Source of the DNA: Nitrosopumilaceae archaeon
Lineage (GTDB): Archaea > Thermoproteota > Nitrososphaeria > Nitrososphaerales > Nitrosopumilaceae
Direction of reading: 5' to 3'
Assembly (NCBI GenBank): GCA_035528495.1
Contig: DATKYM010000100.1
Coordinates: 6,724-38,723 of the forward strand
DNA length: 32,000 nucleotides
Below the pieces are notes generated by a model. It did no database searches. It had not been told where the DNA came from and saw only the letters and a list, made by a program, of their open reading frames with translations. Each line of letters opens with the position of its first letter. The stretch's first letter is position 1. Positions 16,727 to 25,790 of this stretch are shown piece after piece. The position numbers and the translations under genes were made by a program.

Positions 16727-17994
16727 TCTAAATCCCTCGGATCAGTAATTTTTCCCGTTACAGCAGATGCAGCTGCAACAAGTGGCGATGCAAGATAAGT
16801 TTGAGATTCCACATGGCCCATTCTTCCAGGAAAGTTTCTATTGGTTGTACTGATGCAAATTTCATCTTTTGCTAAAACTCCCATATGAGCTCCACAACAA
16901 GCTCCGCAAGTAGGTGGGCCAACTGTAGCTCCTGCATCTAAGAATATTTTCAATAAACCATTTTCCATGGCACGTTTGTAAATAGAAATAGCGGCAGGTA
17001 AAACTTCAGTTCTGATTTTTACTTTTCTGCCTTTGAGGATTTTTGCAGCTGCTTCGAGATCTTCATATTTTGCACCAGTGCAAGAACCAATGTATGATTT
17101 ATCCAAATCGACATTTGGAGCTTCTCTTACAATAACGGTATTTTCTGGTGAAAAAGGTTTTGCAACGATTGGTTCCATTTCTGAACTTTCATATTCGAAT
17201 ACTTCTGAGTATTCTGCATCGGGATCTCCCTTCACTAAAGCAATGTTAGTAACCCCCCTAGTTGTAAGATAGTTTACTATTTTTTGGTCTGGCTCTACAA
17301 TTCCATTTTTTGCTCCTGCTTCTGTTGTCATGTTACAAAGCGTTAGCCTACCTTCAACAGACATTTCATCAATTCCACTTCCACCAAATTGCATGGTTCT
17401 ATAGGCACCTCCATCCGTCCCAATATCTCCAATTATTTTTAAGATTAGGTCTTTTGCCATTACATGATCTGGTAGTTTACCGTTTAGCTTAAAGTATAAA
17501 GTTTCAGGAACTTTGAACCAAATCTTTCCATTCAATAAAACATATGCAATATCAGTATGACCCAAACCACAAGCAAATGCTCCTAAAGCCCCAGTAGTGT
17601 TTGTATGTGAATCACCTCCAACATACACTTCTCCAGGTAAAACCAAAGCCTCCTCATGAGATAGAGTGTGGCAAATACCATATTGTCCCATCCCATATTT
17701 GAAGTGTTTTTTAATTCCATAGTTTTTTGTAAAATTTTGTAATTTCACAATATTTTCAGCTGAAATTTTGTCAGCTGATGGGACAAAATGATCTTCAGCT
17801 ACCCAAACCTTTGAGGGATCCCATAATTTGTCAACATTTACGCCTTGCTTTTTTAATTTATCAAATACCTTAATTACACCAGGTCCTGAAACGTCATGGA
17901 CCATCACCTTATCGATATCAGCAAAGATAATATCATCAGGAGATACATTTTCTCTACCTGAGGCACGAGCAAGAATTTTCTCCACGATATTCAT
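16723..17994 (-). CDS. Aconitase-family dehydratase large subunit, archaeal type
   Basis: 423 aa. GGDSHTNTTGALGAF, IGSCTGAKYEDL and CGACCGAHMG motifs. 4-nt overlap with its small subunit gene. Confidence 0.88.
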   Translation of the reverse strand: MNIVEKILARASGRENVSPDDIIFADIDKVMVHDVSGPGVIKVFDKLKKQGVNVDKLWDPSKVWVAEDHFVPSADKISAENIVKLQNFTKNYGIKKHFKYGMGQYGICHTLSHEEALVLPGEVYVGGDSHTNTTGALGAFACGLGHTDIAYVLLNGKIWFKVPETLYFKLNGKLPDHVMAKDLILKIIGDIGTDGGAYRTMQFGGSGIDEMSVEGRLTLCNMTTEAGAKNGIVEPDQKIVNYLTTRGVTNIALVKGDPDAEYSEVFEYESSEMEPIVAKPFSPENTVIVREAPNVDLDKSYIGSCTGAKYEDLEAAAKILKGRKVKIRTEVLPAAISIYKRAMENGLLKIFLDAGATVGPPTCGACCGAHMGVLAKDEICISTTNRNFPGRMGHVESQTYLASPLVAAASAVTGKITDPRDLD

Positions 17995-18039
17995 AATCGA
18001 AAAAGCTTCCTTTACAGATTAAAAGCTTTACAGGTAGAT

Positions 18040-18195
18040 TCAATCCTTTTGAGATTTAATTTTTACATCGTATAGACTAAACATTCTGTGTCCACGCTTT
18101 TCACAAAGTAGGTTAATGAAAGATGCTAGTTGATCCTCAAACACTTTATTGGTTTGGTCTTTTGCCATAGGAATTTTGCATTTAGAACAATTCAT
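18040..18195 (-). CDS. Candidate 51-aa small protein with a CxxC...Cx4H pattern (below the ORF-track size cutoff)
   Basis: Manual translation: MNCSKCKIPMAKDQTNKVFEDQLASFINLLCEKRGHRMFSLYDVKIKSQKD. The ATG lies 16 nt downstream of the stop of the 73-aa ORF on the same strand. Confidence 0.3.
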   Translation of the reverse strand: MNCSKCKIPMAKDQTNKVFEDQLASFINLLCEKRGHRMFSLYDVKIKSQKD

Positions 18196-18211
18196 GATTT
18201 TGATAAATTAC

Positions 18212-18433
18212 CTAAACCGCTATCATGTACTGATTGATCAAATTTTTTTTGACTGATTCTATGTATGCTCGTCTGGTAGTTGGAATTGACCGCCATTTGG
18301 TATATATCACATCATCTAAAATTTCGTAAATTTTGTTAATTTCTGTGCCTATTTCGATCTCTTTTTTGGCAATTTCAACTAATTCGTGGATCCGTAGTTC
18401 TCGTCTCCAAGTTTGAGCATAATCTGCCATCAA
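18212..18433 (-). CDS. Hypothetical small helical protein
   Basis: 73-aa ORF that overlaps no larger ORF. No family recognised. Confidence 0.45.
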   Translation of the reverse strand: MMADYAQTWRRELRIHELVEIAKKEIEIGTEINKIYEILDDVIYTKWRSIPTTRRAYIESVKKNLINQYMIAV

Positions 18434-18683
18434 GTTTTTTGGGAATTAATGATCTAAAAGGATCACTATCGAATCATAACATTAGGAATTTTTCAAAAAT
18501 CTAGGGAGATTCTAATTATCAAACATTGACGACAGATTCAGGGACACTCAGTTTCATATTTTTCTAAGTTTCTAGAGTCTTAATTTGGATGATTTTTTTG
18601 ATATTATGCCAGGTTTTGAATGGAAAAAATGAAGAATATCGCATTTCAGAAGAATAAAAAAGAAACAAAACTCAATACAAATT

Positions 18684-19451
18684 ATGTCTCTTACTGTTTT
18701 GACCTTGCTTTCAGAAAGAAAAATTGGCAAGTTTGATGTTTATGAGGCATTATTAGACACATTAGCGAAAAATGAGATAAATTTACAAAAAAATGATGTA
18801 TTAGTGATTTCAACAAAATATATCTCAAATTCACAAGGTAGGATAGTAAATACAAACCAAATCACAGTTTCAACCAAGGGATATGAAATTTCTAAAAAAT
18901 TTCAAATGAAACCCGAAATAGCCGAAATAATCCTAAGAGAGACTGATAAGATTTTTGGAGGAATAGCAGGTTTTGTAATTACTTCGTCAGATAACATTAT
19001 GGCACCCAATGGAGGAATTGACAAGTCAAATGCAAAAAAGGACCAGATTATACTCTATCCAAAAAATCCGTTTCTTGTAGCAGAGCAAATAAGAAGAAAA
19101 ATATTTTTAAATTTCTCAATTCATGTTGGAGTTATCCTTGTTGATAGTCGTTTAATGCCAGGACGAGTAGGTACTTCAGGAGTTGCAATTTCATGTGCTG
19201 GAATTGAACCAGTGTTGGACATGAGATCCACAAAAGATCTGGATGGAAATCCTCTTAAAGTCACGTTTCAAGCAGTTGTGGATAATATCGCCACCATAGC
19301 AAATCACAAAATGGGAGAAGGTGCAGAATCGAAACCTTTTGCAATTGTAAGAGATTCTGGAGCCCAATTAACAGATAGAAAAATCAGTCCTTCTGAAATG
19401 GCCATATCCTCAGACCAGTGTGTCTATGTTAGAGGGTTGGCAAATGTGTAA
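18684..19451 (+). CDS. cofE: Coenzyme F420-0:L-glutamate ligase
   Basis: 255 aa. Motifs VLVISTKYISNSQGR, NGGIDKSNA, ILVDSRLMPGRVGTSGVAISCAGIEP and GEGAESKPFAIVRD match the CofE family. Confidence 0.85.
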   Translation: MSLTVLTLLSERKIGKFDVYEALLDTLAKNEINLQKNDVLVISTKYISNSQGRIVNTNQITVSTKGYEISKKFQMKPEIAEIILRETDKIFGGIAGFVITSSDNIMAPNGGIDKSNAKKDQIILYPKNPFLVAEQIRRKIFLNFSIHVGVILVDSRLMPGRVGTSGVAISCAGIEPVLDMRSTKDLDGNPLKVTFQAVVDNIATIANHKMGEGAESKPFAIVRDSGAQLTDRKISPSEMAISSDQCVYVRGLANV

Positions 19452-19504
19452 TATTCAAAACCTTTCCACTGGACTTTAAATAGTAGTTTTCTTTGGGTCA
19501 AATA

Positions 19505-20056
19505 ATGGAGTACATGACGAGTTATCCAAAAACAGTGTCATTTTTGGATGGTCTGAAGCATAAAATCATTGCAGACAATAGAGAAGGTCTAGAACAACTT
19601 CACATCGTCGTTAAGAAAAATTTTGAAGAATTACTTCAAATTTTTACATCAGAGGGATTTACAAAAGTAAAATTTGAACACAAACAACCAGATCAAATAG
19701 GGAGCGGGTTAAATCTTAAATTAAAAAAACCTTGGGAAATTCATGTAAGAATGGTAGATTTGAAAAAGGGGTTAATAGGAATTCATGCAGAAGTAGAAGT
19801 CTCTCGAGATTATCTTCAACATTTAGTTTCTCAACGGACACCAGTTGTTTATGAAATAGAAGAGATTTTAAAAAAATATCAAATAGATTATAATATTTGG
19901 CACGACAAAATTAAAAAAAATGTTCAAACAATTTTCGATAATTATAAGGTAAAGCTTGATACACCAAGTCTTCCAGTCTTCGCATGGAAACCGATGTTGT
20001 TTGTAATTAGTACCATAAGCTTGTTTTATCTCTGGAAATACATCAATACCATATAG
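19505..20056 (+). CDS. Hypothetical tail-anchored membrane protein
   Basis: The track ORF begins at TTG 19493. The in-frame ATG at 19505 lies 23-30 nt downstream of TTTAAATA (19475-19482), which suggests a leaderless start. A single C-terminal TM helix is present (PMLFVISTISLFYLW). Confidence 0.6.
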   Translation: MEYMTSYPKTVSFLDGLKHKIIADNREGLEQLHIVVKKNFEELLQIFTSEGFTKVKFEHKQPDQIGSGLNLKLKKPWEIHVRMVDLKKGLIGIHAEVEVSRDYLQHLVSQRTPVVYEIEEILKKYQIDYNIWHDKIKKNVQTIFDNYKVKLDTPSLPVFAWKPMLFVISTISLFYLWKYINTI

Positions 20057-20077
20057 ATAATTAAAGAAAAAAAGGAT

Positions 20078-20407
20078 CTAAATACCCATAGTTTCTTCTT
20101 TGATCATTTCAAGAAAGACCTTATCACCTACTGCTAGACCCATTTCTTTGTATTCATGCATCTCAAGTTTTAATTGAGTAAGCCCACTTTGCATGCCTAA
20201 TCCACCGCCTCCGCCAGATAACATTTTGTTTAAATCTTTCATCATGTCATTCATGTTAGAAAATCCCATGACTTTAGGCGAACCAAATGGATTTGGGGGG
20301 GAGGAAGTGCCTTCCTTAAAATCTTTAATGGAAGCTAGTGAAATTATCACATTTGGTGCCCCATCTGGTGCAGTATCGATGCTTTTTACAACATATTCTT
20401 TCTTCAT
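20078..20407 (-). CDS. Hypothetical protein with a central Gly-rich disordered segment
   Basis: 109-aa ORF with an ATG start and an internal SGGGGGLG stretch. No family recognised. Confidence 0.6.
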   Translation of the reverse strand: MKKEYVVKSIDTAPDGAPNVIISLASIKDFKEGTSSPPNPFGSPKVMGFSNMNDMMKDLNKMLSGGGGGLGMQSGLTQLKLEMHEYKEMGLAVGDKVFLEMIKEETMGI

Positions 20408-20511
20408 AAGTTACATGGAATTTCATTCCTTATAATTTTAGTTTTTGTTGTGATTTTTACCATTTGACAAAATTTTGAAGATTTAATTACAAATTTCAGG
20501 AATATTGACTA

Positions 20512-21048
20512 GTGTCTGAAATTGATTTGAAAACAAATCTTCGATATCATGGAATATCACCCTGGGAAATTGAGGTGATGTACGGTTATCTTGATGCAAG
20601 ATTCTCTATTTCCCAAGAGGAGATTATTCCAGAAGATGAGGATTTTGTGAGTTTCCTTGAGTGGGATATTCCACTTGCCTTCAATGATGAATTTTTCAAA
20701 TGGTTTGAATTTAAACGATGGGAACAAATCAAAGCTGTTTTTAAAGAAATGAAGAGACGGCGTGGTTCAGGAAATGCAATAAAAATTATTATTAACTTTT
20801 TTGGTAACCCAAAAATCTCCTTTGTTTTAGATACAGAAGAAAAACAATGGTATGATAATGCAATAGAGAAAATAGACTTTGTCCTAGAATTATTACCATA
20901 TCACCTGAATCCTGAAAAATTGCCCTCTGATGTTACAGAATTGATTTACAAGTTTGATCCAAAATCAACAAGGTGGCGTCTTAATTTTGCAATCTCAAAA
21001 GAAAAAAAATATACATTTAGAGGAGACGTGTGGGTTTCTACTACCTAA
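20512..21048 (+). CDS. Hypothetical soluble protein
   Basis: 178-aa ORF with a GTG start, 22-32 nt downstream of ATTTAATTA. Trp/Phe/Glu-rich. No family recognised. Confidence 0.6.
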   Translation: MSEIDLKTNLRYHGISPWEIEVMYGYLDARFSISQEEIIPEDEDFVSFLEWDIPLAFNDEFFKWFEFKRWEQIKAVFKEMKRRRGSGNAIKIIINFFGNPKISFVLDTEEKQWYDNAIEKIDFVLELLPYHLNPEKLPSDVTELIYKFDPKSTRWRLNFAISKEKKYTFRGDVWVSTT

Positions 21049-21481
21049 GATCTTTTTGAAATGGTTCTAGAAGATCATGGAGTTCTTTGTATTTTGACTC
21101 TAAGAATTCTAAGGCATCAATGAGTTTTTTTGATTTTCCATATTTGTAACGAACTAATTCACGGTGATGCCAAAAAGTTTTTCCGTCTCCAGCAGAGATT
21201 GTTGTAAAATAATCTGTTCCTTTCAAATTATCAGAGAGTTTTACATCATATGGGAAAAGCAACTCTACAATAAACCATTCATCTCCATCAGGATAATCTG
21301 AACCTGTCTCAATATCAAAAAAGATATGCAACAGATCTGATTGCATTAAACCATCATCATTAATTGATGGATGTTTAATTCCTGATTTTTTAAAATCAAT
21401 ACTTAGCAACTGAGGCTCAAAGAATCCTTTGATGATGGATTTTCTAAAAATCTTATTTGCTTCGTTTATGTTCAAGAGCAA
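21041..21481 (-). CDS. Hypothetical protein (start uncertain: TTG 21481; the first ATG would give about 102 aa)
   Basis: 146-aa ORF lying 47 nt downstream of the OFOR beta gene on the same strand. It overlaps the convergent 178-aa ORF by 8 nt. Confidence 0.55.
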   Translation of the reverse strand: MLLNINEANKIFRKSIIKGFFEPQLLSIDFKKSGIKHPSINDDGLMQSDLLHIFFDIETGSDYPDGDEWFIVELLFPYDVKLSDNLKGTDYFTTISAGDGKTFWHHRELVRYKYGKSKKLIDALEFLESKYKELHDLLEPFQKDLR

Positions 21482-21528
21482 AATAATCTACAAACAAACT
21501 AGACTATAACTTCTTAGGTTATGGAATC

Positions 21529-22491
21529 TTAAACTTTGAGGGAATCAAGTATTGCTGAAACATCCGTAGTAGGGACACCATCTTTAGAAATATTTTGTTT
21601 TGCTGGAGGATTTTCAATATAATTTGGTATTTTATCTGTCAGTCGTGTAGCAAATGGGGAAATCGTTTCATTTTTGTAAAATATTCCAGTGGGAATTTTA
21701 TTTCCCCACTCTAAGGATTTAATCAAGGCTTGAGCTAATTTCTCATTTATTTCCGCTTCATCGGCATAATGTACCACTGGATCAAATCCGGTATCTTCCA
21801 ATTTGTAAATTCTAGAATGTCGCTCTATCGATTCCTTGGCTAGGTCTTCACCAGCATACCAATCCCTTGTATTGATGTCATTGTAAGTAGGACAAGGTTG
21901 TAAAACATCTAGAAATGCAAGTCCTTTATGTCTAACAGCTTGAACGATTAAATCTTTTAGATGCCTGACATCATAAGAATAAGCTCGGGCCACAAAGGTA
22001 AATCCACTTGTAACGGCTAATCCTATTGGATTTACATTATAATTTGTATTCGGGGAAGGTAGAGATTTTGTTTTTTCACCTAGTTTCAATGTTGGAGAGG
22101 CTTGTCCTTTAGTTAAGCCATAAACACCATTATCAAATATGATGTATGTCATGTCAATATTTCGTCGTCCAGCAGCAACAAAATGTCCGGCACCTATTCC
22201 TAATCCATCACCATCCCCACCTACTGCTACAACAGTCATTTCAGGATTGGCAAGTTTTCCACCTTGTGCAAATGTCAAGACTCTTCCATGTAATGTATGA
22301 ATTCCATAAGTGTTTATGAAATGAGAAGTTTTGCCAGAACATCCGATCCCAGAAAAAATAGTAGCTTTATCACGTTCAATTCCCATTTCAGCTAATGCCA
22401 TTTGTAATGCATTTACTATTCCAAAATCACCACATCCTGGACACCAATCATTGTGGACAGTAGTTTTGTAATCCGTAAGTTTAAGAGCCAT
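21529..22491 (-). CDS. 2-oxoacid:ferredoxin oxidoreductase beta subunit (TPP-binding)
   Basis: 320 aa. N-terminal WCPGCGDFG Fe-S/TPP motif and the [13 protein letters not shown]-binding motif. It overlaps the alpha gene by 11 nt. Confidence 0.92.
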   Translation of the reverse strand: MALKLTDYKTTVHNDWCPGCGDFGIVNALQMALAEMGIERDKATIFSGIGCSGKTSHFINTYGIHTLHGRVLTFAQGGKLANPEMTVVAVGGDGDGLGIGAGHFVAAGRRNIDMTYIIFDNGVYGLTKGQASPTLKLGEKTKSLPSPNTNYNVNPIGLAVTSGFTFVARAYSYDVRHLKDLIVQAVRHKGLAFLDVLQPCPTYNDINTRDWYAGEDLAKESIERHSRIYKLEDTGFDPVVHYADEAEINEKLAQALIKSLEWGNKIPTGIFYKNETISPFATRLTDKIPNYIENPPAKQNISKDGVPTTDVSAILDSLKV

Positions 22492-24391
22492 GTTCTAAAA
22501 TCTCCCTCTTGTTTGCCTTATTTTCAATTATCTTTTTTAAAGAGTCATAAATTTCGGTACTGGTCATTCCTCTTCCTGTGTATTTTAGAATAAAGTGATC
22601 AATTTCCTTTGTTACGTTTTGTTTGAAAATTTTTCCCAATTGACCTGAATGATTTGCCTCAATGTCAATAATGATTTTTACATTTTTTAGTAATGATTTT
22701 ACAATTTCAGTTGGGAAAGGATGAAGTAATTTTATCTGAATAAATCCCACTTCAATTCCTTCTTTTTTGAGCATTTCTAAGGCATCTAATATTGGACCTT
22801 TAGTTGATCCCCACGAGATTATAGTATAATCATTAACACCGTAGGAGATAACTTGTTCATCTTCAGGAACTTGTTTTAAAATTAATTCTAATCTAGACAT
22901 TCTTTTATCCATCATTTTTATCCTCATTTGAGGATCCTCAGTAATATGACCAAATTCATCAGATTCATCCCCAGAATTCCAAAAGACTCCGTTATCTAGT
23001 CCTAATCTTGAGCGAGGGGAAATACCATCGTCAGTGAAAGCAAATCGCTTGTACTCACCTTCTACCTTATCTAGTAGTTTTCCTCGATTTATCTTAATTT
23101 TTTGCGTATCAAATTTTTTACATGTTACAACGGAACTAGAAAGGAACTTATCCATCATGTGAATTACAGGAACTTGATACACATCAGCATAGTTGAAACA
23201 TCGTCCCGTATCATAGAAACTTTCTTCAATGTCCCCTGAGGCATATACAATTTTTGGGAAATCCCCAAAGCTTCCTGCCACTGCAAATGTCAAATCATCT
23301 TGTCCATGTCTTGTAGGAAGACCCGTAGATGGACCACTTCGTTGATACACAGTTAAAACAATTGGGACCTCGTTCATTCCAGCCCAGCCTATTGCTTCTG
23401 CCATTAAGGCAAATCCAGGTCCAGAAGTAGAGGTAGATGATCTTGTTCCAGTCAACGCAGACCCAATCATCATTCCAATGGCAGATATTTCATCTTCTGT
23501 TTGAATTACAATAGTCGACCCCGGTCTATCATTATTAACTTCTAAAAGTTCATGTGATTCTAGAAATACACTTTCATCCGAAGCCGGAGTGATTGGATAA
23601 TAGGATTGAAATCTACATCCACTTACCATCTTCCCAATGGATGTGCCTTGATGGCCTTGAACAAGAATAGTATCAGGTTGTTTTTCAGTTCCATGTAAAG
23701 TAAAAGAAAAATCTGTAAATTTTGAGGTGGCGAAATTATAAGAATAGTTTGCAGCTTGTTTATTTATTTCAGCAATTTGGGGTTTTTTAAAAAATATGGA
23801 ATCAATTGATTGCAGTAATGAATCCGATGGCATCTTTATCAAACCTAGCGAAAGAGAAACAGCTATGACATTATACATTCTAACCATTCCTTTCATTCGT
23901 GGATTTTCGGTTTGCTCTGCAAGATTTTCTAGAATACCCTTAAAGGAGACAGGGTAAAGATGAACACCTTTTTCTTTGGCTATCTCAAGTACGCCATCTA
24001 TTGTAAAGGGTTTATCTTTTGATTCCAACTCTTGATGTAGTCGTTCTTTAAAATAATTATCAAGAGTGTGTACCGAATCAGTAGTAATTTTATTCAAGTC
24101 AGAATCGTAGATTATTCCTCCGCCTGACATCACTTCATCATAATGTCTAAAAATCGTTTCAGCGTCAAATGAGGCCATTAAACTAACGTCATTAACATTT
24201 GAATGAATTAATTTGTCAGAAATTCTAACTGTAAAATAACTATGATCACCTTTAATGTTAGAATGGAATTCTCTTTTTCCAAATACTTGATAACCTAATT
24301 CAGCACAAACCTTTGAAAAAACATTAGCTCCGGATTCCACCCCACTTCCTTGTGGTCCACCAATTAACCAAGAAAAATCAACAAAATCCAT
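22481..24391 (-). CDS. 2-oxoacid:ferredoxin oxidoreductase alpha subunit (fused gamma-alpha, Sulfolobus/Aeropyrum two-subunit type)
   Basis: 636 aa. The N-terminal gamma-like domain ([13 protein letters not shown]) is followed by the alpha domain (YPITPASD..). No delta/ferredoxin-like subunit gene is present. An SD-like AGGTGAT lies 5 nt upstream of the ATG. Confidence 0.92.
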   Translation of the reverse strand: MDFVDFSWLIGGPQGSGVESGANVFSKVCAELGYQVFGKREFHSNIKGDHSYFTVRISDKLIHSNVNDVSLMASFDAETIFRHYDEVMSGGGIIYDSDLNKITTDSVHTLDNYFKERLHQELESKDKPFTIDGVLEIAKEKGVHLYPVSFKGILENLAEQTENPRMKGMVRMYNVIAVSLSLGLIKMPSDSLLQSIDSIFFKKPQIAEINKQAANYSYNFATSKFTDFSFTLHGTEKQPDTILVQGHQGTSIGKMVSGCRFQSYYPITPASDESVFLESHELLEVNNDRPGSTIVIQTEDEISAIGMMIGSALTGTRSSTSTSGPGFALMAEAIGWAGMNEVPIVLTVYQRSGPSTGLPTRHGQDDLTFAVAGSFGDFPKIVYASGDIEESFYDTGRCFNYADVYQVPVIHMMDKFLSSSVVTCKKFDTQKIKINRGKLLDKVEGEYKRFAFTDDGISPRSRLGLDNGVFWNSGDESDEFGHITEDPQMRIKMMDKRMSRLELILKQVPEDEQVISYGVNDYTIISWGSTKGPILDALEMLKKEGIEVGFIQIKLLHPFPTEIVKSLLKNVKIIIDIEANHSGQLGKIFKQNVTKEIDHFILKYTGRGMTSTEIYDSLKKIIENKANKREILEHGS

Positions 24392-24442
24392 AGATTATCA
24401 CCTAGTTTTTCTTAATATTAATAATATGGTGAAATAATTTTA

Positions 24443-24586
24443 CTAACCACCTGTAGCTGCATCAAACAGGGCACATTCACATTTATCTCGTTCTCCGCAA
24501 TATGGACAAACACAAACACACTTTTCAATAGAACTCCCACACGCTATACAAATTGCAAATTCTTCATCATCTTCCTTAGAACTCAT
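24443..24586 (-). CDS. Candidate 47-aa cysteine-rich micro-protein (8 Cys), below the ORF-track cutoff
   Basis: Manual translation: MSSKEDDEEFAICIACGSSIEKCVCVCPYCGERDKCECALFDAATGG. Cys pattern CxxC-x6-CxCxCxxC-x5-CxC. Its stop lies 51 nt upstream of the OFOR alpha start on the same strand. A TATA element lies 22-28 nt upstream of its ATG. Confidence 0.45.
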   Translation of the reverse strand: MSSKEDDEEFAICIACGSSIEKCVCVCPYCGERDKCECALFDAATGG

Positions 24587-24607
24587 AGAAAGTCTAGAAA
24601 GAAATCG

Positions 24608-24614
24608 TATAAAT
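24608..24614. promoter_or_regulatory. Single TATA box (TATAAAT / ATTTATA) in a 52-nt divergent intergenic region
   Basis: It lies 25-31 nt upstream of the plus-strand ATG at 24639 and 22-28 nt upstream of the minus-strand ATG at 24586. Both spacings fit leaderless or near-leaderless archaeal transcripts. Confidence 0.4.
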
Positions 24615-24638
24615 GGTTTGAGATAAGTTTCATGGAAT

Positions 24639-25610
24639 ATGGAAAAAAAGAAAGTATTTCTGACAAGAACTCTTCATGATTTTGCATTAAAGGAATTAAA
24701 GAAATGTTACCAAATTGAAGTTCATTCTGGGAAAATTCCCATCCCAAGAAAAAAATTAGAATCTAAAATTGGAGAAATTGATGGGCTTATTTGTTTTCCG
24801 TATGATATTATTGACAGTAAATTACTTGAAAAAGCAAAAAATCTCAAAGTAATAAGCACATTCAGTGTGGGTTTTGACCATATTGACATTGAATATGCAA
24901 AAAAAAATAAGATCAGAATAGGATATACACCTGAAGTTCTTACAAACGCCACTGCAGATCTTGCATTTTCTTTAATGATTGATGTGATGAGAAGAGTCTC
25001 CGAGGGAGACAGAATAATTAGAAAAGGGAGTTGGAAAGAAATCTATGGGGCATATGACTATACAGGTTCCGACTTGCAGGGAAAAACCATAGGTATTTTT
25101 GGACTAGGTAGAATTGGAAGTACTCTTGCTAGACGTGCTAAATCATTTGACATGAATATTGTTTATCACAATAGAAAACACGTTTCTAAAACTAAAGAGA
25201 AAGTCCTAGGAGTAAAATACGTCTCCTTTGAAAAATTAATCAAGCAAAGTGATGTAATATCAATTCATGTTCCACATACAAGTAAAACAGATAAATTATT
25301 TGATAAAAGGATTTTTAAAAAAATGAAAAAAACAGCTTTTCTAATTAACACTGCACGTGGAAAAATTATAAATCAAAAAGACCTATTGGAGGCCTTGAAG
25401 AAAAAAACCATTGCAGGTGCCGCATTAGATGTTTTCGAATTAGAACCAATTAGAAAAAACAATCCATTTACAAAAATTCCAAATATTACACTGACTCCAC
25501 ATATTGGAAGTTCTACAAAAGAAACAAGAGTCAAAATGGCTAAAATTACAATGGAGAATCTTCATTTGGGGATTAATAGCAAAAAACCAAAGTATTCTGT
25601 AGGATACTAA
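24639..25610 (+). CDS. D-isomer-specific 2-hydroxyacid dehydrogenase (glyoxylate/hydroxypyruvate reductase-like)
   Basis: 323 aa. NAD-binding GIFGLGRIGSTLARR, catalytic-region LINTARG and TPHIGSST motifs. Confidence 0.88.
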   Translation: MEKKKVFLTRTLHDFALKELKKCYQIEVHSGKIPIPRKKLESKIGEIDGLICFPYDIIDSKLLEKAKNLKVISTFSVGFDHIDIEYAKKNKIRIGYTPEVLTNATADLAFSLMIDVMRRVSEGDRIIRKGSWKEIYGAYDYTGSDLQGKTIGIFGLGRIGSTLARRAKSFDMNIVYHNRKHVSKTKEKVLGVKYVSFEKLIKQSDVISIHVPHTSKTDKLFDKRIFKKMKKTAFLINTARGKIINQKDLLEALKKKTIAGAALDVFELEPIRKNNPFTKIPNITLTPHIGSSTKETRVKMAKITMENLHLGINSKKPKYSVGY

Positions 25611-25790
25611 AAAATGGGCATAATTTGAACCTCGATTTACTCTGAAAAGAATACCGCAGTTTTTATACATACAATGTTACATAATAGCAAGTTGAAAAAA
25701 TTCAAACATACCAATGAAGAATTAGAATTAGCAAAACAAGAAACTGAAAACGAAAAGAAGAAAAAAGAATTACAAAAATGATATTTTTCT

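Noticed and set aside
2149-18022. Many 60-134-aa track ORFs antisense to, or out of frame with, confidently assigned genes. Examples: 2149-2487, 3534-3938, 4139-4456, 5781-5969, 6219-6536, 7035-7304, 7210-7479, 8824-9054, 9147-9335, 9820-10020, 9981-10226, 10744-10974, 12016-12234, 13771-14004, 14129-14311, 14782-14970, 15366-15835, 17033-17492 and 17828-18022.
   Set aside because: Each is nested in a longer ORF with clear family motifs. Their translations are Ser/Leu/Phe/Ile-rich, as expected from reading AT-rich coding sequence in the wrong frame. None has its own promoter-like context.
18588-18650. Possible C/D-box sRNA in the 250-nt gap upstream of cofE. The elements are GGATGAT near 18588, ATGAAGA at 18629 and CAGA at 18647.
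   Set aside because: No exact RUGAUGA C box or CUGA D box is present. No D' box lies at the proper 12-nt spacing and there is no terminal stem. The match is too degenerate to call in AT-rich sequence.
20418-20430. Small hairpins in intergenic regions, for example GGAAT-ttc-ATTCC at 20418-20430 and TGATC-taaaag-GATCA near 18452-18467.
   Set aside because: Stems are only 5 bp. Such hairpins are expected by chance and have no supporting context.
24632-24679. An ATG at 24632 just upstream of the dehydrogenase start.
   Set aside because: It is in a different frame and terminates after 15 codons (MEYGKKESISDKNSS). It is unlikely to be a real gene.
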